NCBI GenBank assembly: GCA_964528645.1
Contig: CAZGSR010000008.1
Location: 1,024-65,023 of the forward strand
Reading direction: 5' to 3'
DNA length: 64,000 nucleotides
Source of the DNA: an uncultured Mageeibacillus sp.
GTDB lineage: Bacteria; Bacillota; Clostridia; Saccharofermentanales; UBA5734
This document shows, piece after piece, positions 19,668 to 28,800 of this stretch (positions are counted from its first letter, which is position 1; the number at the start of each line of letters is the position of its first letter). The position numbers were made by a program, and so were the translations under genes. The notes beneath the pieces are model-generated. The model had not been told where the DNA came from and ran no database searches. It worked only from the letters and a program-made list of their open reading frames with translations.

Positions 19668-20759
19668 TCATTGACCGAGTTCGCGAATGGGGTTGTACCA
19701 GGCATCTTCGACAGCGAGGAAACGTTCGCCGGCTTTCCAGAGGCCTTTGAATTCAGAATCTTTCGGGATGAAGATTTTCGGATTGTTGGTCGTTTCATCC
19801 GAAACCAGGGCATCCTGGATGGCCTTGAAATGTTCAGCGCTCAGGGCTTCTGTGTTGGCAATCATCGGAGCATTGAGGACCGGTGTGACCGAAATGACGA
19901 CGAATTCCTTGCCCAGGACCGTGTTGAAAGGCTCAGCGGCATCGTCCCTGACTTTGACAACGGAACCCACCGTGTTCAGTTCGCCAGAGACCAGTTCAAC
20001 ATAGTTGCCGACACAAACATCGCAGAAAGCGGCCACTTCGGCAGAGCCATTGAGCAGGTTGACAGCGGAACCCTGGTGCGAACCACCAAAGAGGACTTCC
20101 GAGAAAAAGGCACCGCTTTCGATCAGATCTTCACGAGTCAGATTCTTGTAGGCATCCATCTGGGTGAAGTGGCTGAGAATGCCAGCGGAAGGCACTTTGA
20201 ACCCAGAGGTGGAGCTGTTGGAGACGAAGGAGAATTTCTTGCCGGCGATGTTGTCAATCGAGTACTTGCCGTCTTTCATGTACTGCTCTTCGCTGCCTTT
20301 GGCAACGTTGAGCCAGCTGTAGTATTTGGCATCGTCGAGGGTGCCGGAAGCGCCGCTGTTGGTGACCAGTGGCAGAACAGCCGGATTTTTGTCGTGCGCC
20401 TGGACATAACCTTCACCACCGGTGAAGGCGATGTGGGCGGTGCCAGCCGCGAGCGCTTCGATGGCGATCAGATAGTCCGTGGTGGTCTGGTGCTTGACCT
20501 TCATGCCAGTTGCCTTTTCGACAATGGCACCGATCTGTTCACGGGCATCTGACAGTTCTTCGCCAGATTCATTGGGATACCAGGCAATGATGATTTCATC
20601 ACCTTTCGTGGTGCTGGCTGCAGCCGTGGTCTGGGCCACAGTTGTTTCATCCTGGCCGGCCGTTGAGGTGGTTTCCTGGTTGGTGGCGGCAACACCGCAG
20701 CCGGCCAGGGTACTGAGCAGGAGTGTCAGGACGAGCGCAATCAAAGTGAACTTCTTCAT
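19668..20759 (-). CDS. phnD: Phosphonate ABC transporter substrate-binding lipoprotein
   Basis: Lipobox LAGC after the MKKF start (20759); STSGFKVP and GSHQ motifs. Confidence 0.88.
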   Translation of the reverse strand: MKKFTLIALVLTLLLSTLAGCGVAATNQETTSTAGQDETTVAQTTAAASTTKGDEIIIAWYPNESGEELSDAREQIGAIVEKATGMKVKHQTTTDYLIAIEALAAGTAHIAFTGGEGYVQAHDKNPAVLPLVTNSGASGTLDDAKYYSWLNVAKGSEEQYMKDGKYSIDNIAGKKFSFVSNSSTSGFKVPSAGILSHFTQMDAYKNLTREDLIESGAFFSEVLFGGSHQGSAVNLLNGSAEVAAFCDVCVGNYVELVSGELNTVGSVVKVRDDAAEPFNTVLGKEFVVISVTPVLNAPMIANTEALSAEHFKAIQDALVSDETTNNPKIFIPKDSEFKGLWKAGERFLAVEDAWYNPIRELGQ

Positions 20760-20974
20760 GTTTTTTCCTTTCATACATTCATGGTCGTCAGGGGATGTGT
20801 TCTTCCGACGCTCTGTGCGAGCCTGGTTGTCGGACACTCTGATTATGCCTGCCAATGATTTGTGAATGATGAGCTGGAAACAAAATGGATGTTAAAAATC
20901 TGATCGAAATTTACTTGAATCGTACACAATTTTTGCACATTTGAAAGTGAGGTTAAATCTGGTGGCCATAGCGG

Positions 20975-21811
20975 TCAAGGTTGGCGATTCAGGATCAGCT
21001 GCATCTGCAGCAACGTTTCCCCAGGCGCCAGGACTTGCCCGATGTCAGGGCCCGTGCCATAGTCAGCGTGGTAATCGCTGCCTCCGGTCAGCAGGAAATC
21101 GAACTGGTCGGCCAGATCCTGGATTCGTCCGTAATCAGAGGAATCATGGTCTGGGTGGTTGAGCTCAATCCCCAAAAGGCCGTCCCTGGCATATCCAGGG
21201 ATGCTGTCCCAAACCTTGGATTGCCCCGGATGAGCCAGGACAGGAATACCTCCATCGGCCCGCACGGCGGCGATGGCATCCTGTACATCCACATACTCGA
21301 TGTCCCCAGCGCAGATGCCCGCACCCTTGAACAAGGTCCGGTAAAGGTCCGAATAGACCGAATCCGTGATCCCCTGATCAATCAAGGCAGCCATGATGTG
21401 TTGCTTGTAGACGGTCCCTGTGGGTCCAGCCTTGTCCAGGACAGCCTGGCGGGAGAGTGGGAAACCAGCCTGAATCAGGACATCCACTTGGTGCAGAGTT
21501 TTCTGGGTCCTGCGCTGCAAGGTCGGCTGGCAAAGCGTCGTCAGATTGCTGGCAGGTGTCTGGTATGCATAGCCAAGAATATGGACCTTCTTGCCCGTGT
21601 TCCTGTCCCTGGCAGAGATTTCGATGCCTGGGATGATCTGGATGGTTGTCAGCAGCGCCAGCTGGCTAGCCTGGCTGGTCCCGGCAACCGTATCGTGGTC
21701 GACCAGACTCAGATGGGTCAGGCCGGCTTGCTCTGCCCGGGCCAGTGTCTGGGCGATCGACAGGGAACTGTCTGAGAAATCGGAATGGACATGGAGATCG
21801 GCACGAACCAC
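20975..21811 (-). CDS. PHP-domain phosphoesterase (candidate PhnPP-type cyclic phosphate hydrolase)
   Basis: DLHVHSDFSD, LVDHD, LAHP and GGSDYH PHP motifs; last gene of the C-P lyase block. Confidence 0.85.
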   Translation of the reverse strand: MVRADLHVHSDFSDSSLSIAQTLARAEQAGLTHLSLVDHDTVAGTSQASQLALLTTIQIIPGIEISARDRNTGKKVHILGYAYQTPASNLTTLCQPTLQRRTQKTLHQVDVLIQAGFPLSRQAVLDKAGPTGTVYKQHIMAALIDQGITDSVYSDLYRTLFKGAGICAGDIEYVDVQDAIAAVRADGGIPVLAHPGQSKVWDSIPGYARDGLLGIELNHPDHDSSDYGRIQDLADQFDFLLTGGSDYHADYGTGPDIGQVLAPGETLLQMQLILNRQP

Positions 21812-21816
21812 GGGGA

Positions 21817-22533
21817 TCACCTCGGATTTTCTGTTGCCAGCTGCATCTGGCCAGCTTGCATGTTGTATTCGCGGTCGCACAGTCCTTCCATGAATTCGAT
21901 GTCATGGAAAATGCCGATCATGGTGGTCCCTTCAAATTTGAGACGCTCGATCAGTTCGCGCACGCGGATCTTGGACTGAGCATCCAGGCTTGCCGTCGGT
22001 TCGTCGAGCAACAGCAGACGCGGATGCTTGACCATGGCCCGGGCCAGGTTCAGGCGCAGCTTCTCGCCTCCGGAGAAGGTGGCCGGGAAACTGTCCCACA
22101 AATCCTGTCCCAAGTCGAAGTGGCGCAGCATTTCGATGGCTCTGGTTGCAGCTACCTCCTGAGGATGGCCCATTTCCAGGACGGCTTGCTCGATGATCTC
22201 CCGGGCTGTGGTGCGCGGCATGACCTGCAGGAACTGCGATACATAACCAATTTCAAATTTGCGCAGGTACACCATCTGGCGTTCACTGGCCTGGGCCAGG
22301 TCTAAAAGGCCAAACCGTGCGGAATCATACAGGATGGACCCGGTCTGGGGCAGATAGGTGCGGTAGATCGATTTCAGGATGGTCGATTTGCCACTGCCAC
22401 TTTTCCCGGTGATGCCAACGAATTCGCCGGCAGTCACGGAAAAGGAGGTCGGCTTCAACGCATGAATGGTTTTATTCTGCTGGTGTAAATGAAAGGTCTT
22501 GGCGATGTTCTGGACCGCGATCAAGTCAGACAT
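21817..22533 (-). CDS. phnL: C-P lyase ATPase subunit
   Basis: GKSGSGKS, YVSQFLQVMPR, FSGGEKLRLN, GIFHD. Confidence 0.92.
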   Translation of the reverse strand: MSDLIAVQNIAKTFHLHQQNKTIHALKPTSFSVTAGEFVGITGKSGSGKSTILKSIYRTYLPQTGSILYDSARFGLLDLAQASERQMVYLRKFEIGYVSQFLQVMPRTTAREIIEQAVLEMGHPQEVAATRAIEMLRHFDLGQDLWDSFPATFSGGEKLRLNLARAMVKHPRLLLLDEPTASLDAQSKIRVRELIERLKFEGTTMIGIFHDIEFMEGLCDREYNMQAGQMQLATENPR

Positions 22534-23176
22534 GCGTACCTGCCTCCATCTGGCTCCCTGTTTCAGGCAGATATTTGCTGACAAAATCTTCGATCGGCAG
22601 CGCCAGATCGTCCACCCGGGTCTTCAGGATCTCCTCTGTCCAGTCCCACCAGGCAATCTTTTCCAGAGCTTCGATGATTTCAAGGTTGAACCGGTAGCGC
22701 AAATGGCGGGCCGGATTACCAACGACGATGGAATAAGGTTCAACATCACGGGTAACGACAGCTCCACTGCCGATCACAGCGCCGTTGCCAATCTGAAGGT
22801 TGCTCATAATGATCGCGCCATGGCCGATCCAAGTATCGTGGCCAATCGTCGAGATCCTGGATCTTCTGGAGTCGAGGAACTCTGTGTCATCCGTTTCACT
22901 CACACCGAACATTCGGCGGCGATAGGTGATGTGGTGCAAGGTAGGGCGTTCCATCGGATGATTGGTCGGTCCAATGCGGACATTGGCAGCAATATTGGCA
23001 AACTTACCTACAACCGTGTTCTGGAGGATGCAGAAAGGGCCCGTGTAGGAGTACTCGCCCATGGTCACGTTCTCGAGATACGTGTGGGCGCCCAGTTCGG
23101 TGAATGGCAGAAGGCTGCTGTGGATGATCTCGCAATCAGTTCCGATCAAAGGTTCCCGGGTGATTTTCTTTTCCAT
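22526..23176 (-). CDS. Hexapeptide-repeat acetyltransferase associated with phosphonate metabolism
   Basis: IGHDTWIGHGAIIM...VVTRDV left-handed beta-helix repeats; lies between phnM and phnL. Confidence 0.85.
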   Translation of the reverse strand: MEKKITREPLIGTDCEIIHSSLLPFTELGAHTYLENVTMGEYSYTGPFCILQNTVVGKFANIAANVRIGPTNHPMERPTLHHITYRRRMFGVSETDDTEFLDSRRSRISTIGHDTWIGHGAIIMSNLQIGNGAVIGSGAVVTRDVEPYSIVVGNPARHLRYRFNLEIIEALEKIAWWDWTEEILKTRVDDLALPIEDFVSKYLPETGSQMEAGTHV

Positions 23177-23188
23177 TTCTCAAATTCC

Positions 23189-24406
23189 TCAGTTCTGGCG
23201 ATAGCAGGTGCGCAGCATGGGTTGACCATCCACGAGGGCAGTCTTGACGACTGGGTATTTGTTTTCGCGCAGGTCTACAACCAAGAGGTCAGCCTTTTTC
23301 CCGGGTGCGATGGTGCCATAGTCGGCTTCGACCTGCACAGCCCGGGCAGGATTGGCGGTGACGAGCCGGATCAGGGAAGGCAGGTCCAGGTGATGCTGCA
23401 GGTGCATCTGGAAAACAGCCTGCAGCATGGCGGCTGGGTAATAGTCGCTGCACAGGATGTCGATGGATCCGTCCAGAATCGCTTCAGCTGCTGACAGATT
23501 GCCGCTGTGCGATCCGCCCAGAAGAATATTGGGCGCTCCAGCCATCGTCATCAGGCCACGGCTGCGGGCTGTCTTCGCCACATCAAGCGTGACCGGGAAT
23601 TCCGAGATGGTCACGCCCAGCTCGCAGACCAGATCGACACTTTCATCACTGTCATCGTCATGGGAAGCAACAGAGATGTGGTTGTGCCGGGCCAGTTCAC
23701 ACAATTCCTGCAGCTGATCATAGGACACTTTGTCTTTTTGCTGGTGCGAGACGATGATTGTGTCAATTTCCTGGTCACTGAGATTGTTGTAGCCCTTGAG
23801 AGTCTTGCGATAGAGGCTGAGATCACGGTATTGACCCTGGCCCGGCGTATGATCCATGAATGAAAGCAGATGGACTTTGCCTTCTTCAATCAGGTCCTTA
23901 AGCTGGTCGAGCTGGTCGATGTTATCGATTTCGTACCGGGCGTGGAAGCGATGGCGGATCAGGTGGTCGCGACCATGGGTGAGGTGGATCTCATCGACCA
24001 GTCGGCGCACATTTTCCGGCAGGCGGATCGGTTTGTAGGCAAATTCGTAGCTCTTGTAAAGCGACAGGGAATGGAACATGGTGGTGATGCCATGGGTGAT
24101 CAACTCCCGTTCACTGATGCGCAGGCTGAGGTCAAAGTCCATCATGCTGGTCGGGCGCGGCGATGCAATGTGTTCGATGTAGTCGGAGTGAATGTCGATC
24201 AGCCCTGGCATCACATAGCAGCCAGTCGCATCGATCGTTTCGATATCCTTGTCCCAATCTTCTTCGCTGACTTCACTGATCAGCCAACGATCGGCTTCAT
24301 CGGGGGCCATCCAGCCCAAAACCCGATCGTTGAGTACGAGCAGGTCGAGACCTTCCAGGACTTCCTGCTCCGTAATGATTTTTCCATTGATGATGCGTCT
24401 GACCAT
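23189..24406 (-). CDS. phnM: Alpha-D-ribose 1-methylphosphonate 5-triphosphate diphosphatase
   Basis: PGLIDIHSD, MDHTPGQGQYR, ASHDD, SEFP, GAPN, SDYYP. Confidence 0.95.
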   Translation of the reverse strand: MVRRIINGKIITEQEVLEGLDLLVLNDRVLGWMAPDEADRWLISEVSEEDWDKDIETIDATGCYVMPGLIDIHSDYIEHIASPRPTSMMDFDLSLRISERELITHGITTMFHSLSLYKSYEFAYKPIRLPENVRRLVDEIHLTHGRDHLIRHRFHARYEIDNIDQLDQLKDLIEEGKVHLLSFMDHTPGQGQYRDLSLYRKTLKGYNNLSDQEIDTIIVSHQQKDKVSYDQLQELCELARHNHISVASHDDDSDESVDLVCELGVTISEFPVTLDVAKTARSRGLMTMAGAPNILLGGSHSGNLSAAEAILDGSIDILCSDYYPAAMLQAVFQMHLQHHLDLPSLIRLVTANPARAVQVEADYGTIAPGKKADLLVVDLRENKYPVVKTALVDGQPMLRTCYRQN

Positions 24407-24453
24407 TTCTAACTCCTGCCGGCCATCCTGGCCAATTTCTATTTCCATCCAAG

Positions 24454-25299
24454 TCATAGCAGCGATTGGACCAACTGCTGGGTATAGGCATGTTGCGGAT
24501 CTTCCAGAATCTGGTCCGTCAAGCCCTGTTCAATGATTTTGCCGTTTAGAAGGACAATCGTGCGGTCGGCCAGCATGCGGATCACGCCGAGGTCATGGGA
24601 CACGACCACCATGCTGATGGCAAGCTCCCGCTGGATTTCCTTGATCAAGTCCAGCACATTTGCCTGCACCGACAGGTCCAGGCCCGTGGTCACCTCGTCC
24701 AGTAGCAGAACAGGGGGATTGTTCGACAAAGCCTTGGCGATCTGCACGCGCTGCTGCATGCCGCCAGAGAAATGGGCCGGTGCTTCTTTCATCCGGAAAA
24801 CAGGGATCCGGACATGCTCGAGCAATTCGACAGCCCGGTTTTCCATCTCGCCCACATGGCGTGAACCTGCAGCGATCAGCTTCTCGGCAATATTGCCGAT
24901 GGAGGTGAAATTCATACGCAAGCCATAGACGGGGTTCTGGTAGACCTTGCCCATCAGATGGTTGCGGACATGGCGCCGCTGCTGAGCCGATGCTGCAAAC
25001 AAATTGACCGGTGCCACTTTTTCGTGAAACAAATGGAGGGATCCCGAGGAGACTTCCTCATCAAAATAGATGCAGCGCATCATGGTGGATTTGCCGCTGC
25101 CGCTTTCTCCGACCACACCCAGGATTTCTCCGGGATACACGTCAAAATTCAGATCGTCACAGGCATAGACAGTCCCACAGCGGGGACAGAAATTACGGTC
25201 CAGCTGGCGGTCCTGCGGGTCACGGCAGGCCTCGCAGCCTGAGCCATACTGTTTGTGCAGATGGGACAGCCTCAGGATCGGTTGTTCTTTCGTGTTCAT
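24454..25299 (-). CDS. phnK: C-P lyase ATPase subunit
   Basis: GESGSGKS, FSGGMQQRVQIAKAL, DEVTTGLD; the ATG overlaps the upstream stop (ATGA). Confidence 0.94.
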   Translation of the reverse strand: MNTKEQPILRLSHLHKQYGSGCEACRDPQDRQLDRNFCPRCGTVYACDDLNFDVYPGEILGVVGESGSGKSTMMRCIYFDEEVSSGSLHLFHEKVAPVNLFAASAQQRRHVRNHLMGKVYQNPVYGLRMNFTSIGNIAEKLIAAGSRHVGEMENRAVELLEHVRIPVFRMKEAPAHFSGGMQQRVQIAKALSNNPPVLLLDEVTTGLDLSVQANVLDLIKEIQRELAISMVVVSHDLGVIRMLADRTIVLLNGKIIEQGLTDQILEDPQHAYTQQLVQSLL

Positions 25300-25844
25300 G
25301 CTTGCCCCCTGCTGTTCAGTCGTGCCAGACAATGGTTGGTGTCGTTGCACTGATGCACAGTCTGGCCACTCTGGTCGTCCAGGATTTCGTCCATGAAAAC
25401 ACCCGTTGCCCCACACAGACGGCAGGATACCGACTCAAAGCGTTCGGGCTCGAAAGGGTGATCCTCGAAGGCCAGGGACTGCACACGGGTATGCGGTGGC
25501 ACCGCATAGACTTTCTTTTCCCGCCCGGCGCCAAACAGCAGCAGAGCTTTGTTGTCTGCCAATTTCAGGTTATCAAAGCGCGGAATCGGGCTGGGTGCCA
25601 TGACATAGGCCGATTCAACCTGGACGGGGTGATCGGCACCCGTGGTCATGCGGCCGAATTTGACGATTTCTTCAAACAGCATCAGCCAGGCTCCGCTGTA
25701 TTCCTTTTCCGCATGCAGACGTCGCGTCTTAAGCTCGCTCGGTTCAAAGGCCCTGAGCGGCTCAGGCAGCGGGACTTGGAGAACCAGGATCTGGTTCTCT
25801 TGCAGAGGCGTTTCCGGGATCCGGTGGCGCGACTGGATCAGGGT
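25296..25844 (-). pseudogene. phnJ: 5'-truncated radical-SAM C-P lyase subunit (C-terminal ~182 aa only)
   Basis: Retains C-x2-C-x21-C-x5-C (CRLC...QCNDTNHC); the N-terminal ~100 aa are missing. Confidence 0.9.
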
Positions 25845-28800
25845 ACGGGTGTAATAGACCGAGATGACGGTTGTACCATCACCGAGAATGGCCTCCTGGG
25901 TGATGGGCTTGGCGCTGAATCCGGTATACGTTTTTGCAGTGGCCATGGTTTGGCCATCGGTGACACCGTTGAGCGATTCGGTGTCTTTCAACGTGTATGA
26001 ATCACCGGTCAGGTTTTGCTGGTAATGTTTGACGGTATAGAGGGTGTTGGTCCCGGCCATCCAGTGGGCATACAAAACCTGGTCGGAATCGGTTAGCATC
26101 AGCTTATTGCTGTCGATCCGGTCGCCAGATGTTCTCGTCGTGAACCAGCCAGTAAAGGCATATCCCTGGCGCTCCGGATCCGATTCTGGCAATTCATAAG
26201 GGGAGCCAAAGGTCTGGCTGATCTCAATACTGTCACCTGAGCCGCCATTTAAATCATACGTCACCAAATATGAATTGCCTGCAAAGCTGGCGCTGTAACT
26301 GATATCACTGGCAGGCATGGTCTTGGCCACATCGCCCCAACCAGTCAGGTGGTAGCCTTTCTTGACCGGCTCAGTGTCAGGAATCGTCACATCAGATTCG
26401 AACTTCAACTGTTCTGTCTTGAAAAGGACCCCTTCAGACAGCCAGTTCAGCGTATAGGTGTTTCGTTTGTAGGTAATGGTAATAACGGTTGATCCGTCGG
26501 CAGCAATAACAGACTGGGAAACTGGATCTGCCGTAAAACCTGGATAAGACTTCGCTTTTGCTGTTGTCAGGCTCGCTGTCGTCCCCGCCAAGGTTTCATT
26601 TTCCTCGATTGGGTCGGTGCCATCCAGGGCCTCGCGCAAGTGTCGGACAGCATAAGCTGTATCCGTTGCAGGCTGCCATTGGGCAGTATAGGACAGGTCC
26701 TCATCCGGCAGGGTCGAACCTGCGATCAAACCAGCCCAAGCCGCCAGAACATAGCCTTGCTTTTCCGGGGCGGGAACCGGAGCGGTGATGACTTCGCCAT
26801 AGCGGAAAGCTGTGGTGGCGAACATGGTCTTGGCATCGGTTTTCCAGATCACATCATGGCGGTTGCGTGCATAGCGGATCGTCACGACAGTGGACCCGTC
26901 GGGAGCAATCTCGCTCTGGGCAATCTCTTCTGCCGTGAAACCCGGATAAGATTTGCTTGTGGCTTCTGTCGCATGCAAGGTGGTGCCCGTGAGCGTCTCC
27001 TGTTCAACGAGCGAACCTGTAGCCGGATAGGTGTCGTCCAGATTCTGCCGAACATGCTTGACCGTATAGGCTGTATCGGTGCGGGCAACCCATTGCGCGG
27101 TATACGTCAGATCTTCATTCAGGATCGAAGCGGCCAGCGGGCGATCCCAGCCACTGAAAACATAGCCGTCTTTCTTTAGTTCGGCCGGAGCAGTCACAGC
27201 AGAAAGATAAGGCAGAACCTGTTTGACGGGGTCTTCGCCATTGTTGAGAACGAAGGTTAAAAGGTAACTCGATCTTGCATAGTAAAGCTTGATCACCACC
27301 GAGCCATCGCCCTTGATCGTCAATTCATCGACGATCTTGCCGTCAATCCGGCCGTCCCGGAAACTGATCCCGCCCGGAATCAGCAACGACTCATCAACCA
27401 GGCCAGAAACCTGGACCTTGGTATCGGTTTTGCCTTTTTGTTGCACGGCTTTCTGCAACGTGAAGGCACCGTCCGTCTGCTCGACATAGTGCTCCACCTG
27501 GTAGGCTGTATCCGGATTGGCAATCATCCGGCCATAGAGTGTCAGGTCCGCAGCCGGCATCTGAAGCCCGGCGAAAGACGCCCGGTTTTGCATGGACTCA
27601 TCCACGTACCAGCCGGAGAATGTATAGCCTGTTTTGGCGGGAATAGCCGGTTCGCTGACCAGTGCTTCAAAGCGATAGGTTGCTTCAACTGTCTGGCCTG
27701 AATCGAGAAAGGTGATAAATGAATACGTTTCACGATTGTAATAGAGCTTGATCACCAGCTTGCCCGTCTTGGCAATGGTTGTGGTAGCGACAGTTTTTCC
27801 GTTGACCGTACCAGTCTGATAGGTGATGCCATTGGCTTTCAGGCCCAAATCGGCCAGCGTGATTTCGGATCCGGTCTCACCCGTCAAATATTCTGCAGTC
27901 TGCAAGGCATACCCCGGGCCAGTCGTGTTCTGGATATAATGCTCAACCCGGTAGGGAGTGTTTTTACCTGGAGACCAGCGGGCTGTATAGAGCAGGTTGG
28001 CCGCTGGCATGGTTTCGGGAATAGCCGTCTCCCCCCAGTCAATGAAGTCAAAACCGGCTGCAGTCACCTGCGGCACTGTGATTGACTCGCCATATTTCAA
28101 AGAATAGACCCAGTCCTCCTGGTCATTTTGGATACCCTGGGCAAATGTCAGCTGATACCGGTTGCGACTGTAATAATAGCTCTGCACCGCCCGGCCATCC
28201 GCCTGGACCGTGATTGCTTTCAAGGCTGGAGCGGCAAATCCGGGGTAGTCTTTGACTGCCGGTTGGACCATGCTATCCGTCGTTCCCGTCAGCTGCTCTG
28301 ATTCAACCAGGGTATAGAGGGAATTGCTCAGATTTTGCTGATAATGGTCGACCCGGTAAGAGGTATCTGGGCGCGGAATCCATTTGGCATAAACCTGGAC
28401 ATCCTCGTTCGGCATGGTCTCGGGAATCTGGTAAGGTCTGGTCAGGGCTTCATCCAAAAACCAGCCGCCGAAATCATAGCCCGGATAGACCGGGTCGGCC
28501 GGCGCGACGACAGTCGCATTGAACGGTTTGAGAATCATCGGCACTGCACTGCCACCTCTGGAATGGAAAACAATCGCATAACCGTCATTGTAATTGTCCC
28601 AGTACAGCTGGATGGTCCTCTGGATGGGTTCGGAGGTGAATACCAGGGGCGCCTGAATCCAAGTGATCACCAGGTCGGCAGTTTCGGACTGGTCACCGTC
28701 GGGTGTCAGTTTCAGAAGGTTTGTTTGTGGATCATAGCTGAAAGCTTCGTTGGTGATTTCGATTTTGAAGGACTTGGCATCATCATAAAAGCCCTCGCCC

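Noticed and set aside
20880-20960. Pho box upstream of phnD
   Set aside because: An 11-bp-periodic TTTAC/GTACAC/TGCAC pattern exists but on the non-coding strand and is too degenerate to support.
25860-28600. Surface-protein repeats as a recombinase-driven shufflon
   Set aside because: The repeats are diverged at the DNA level, all in one orientation, with no inverted crossover sites.
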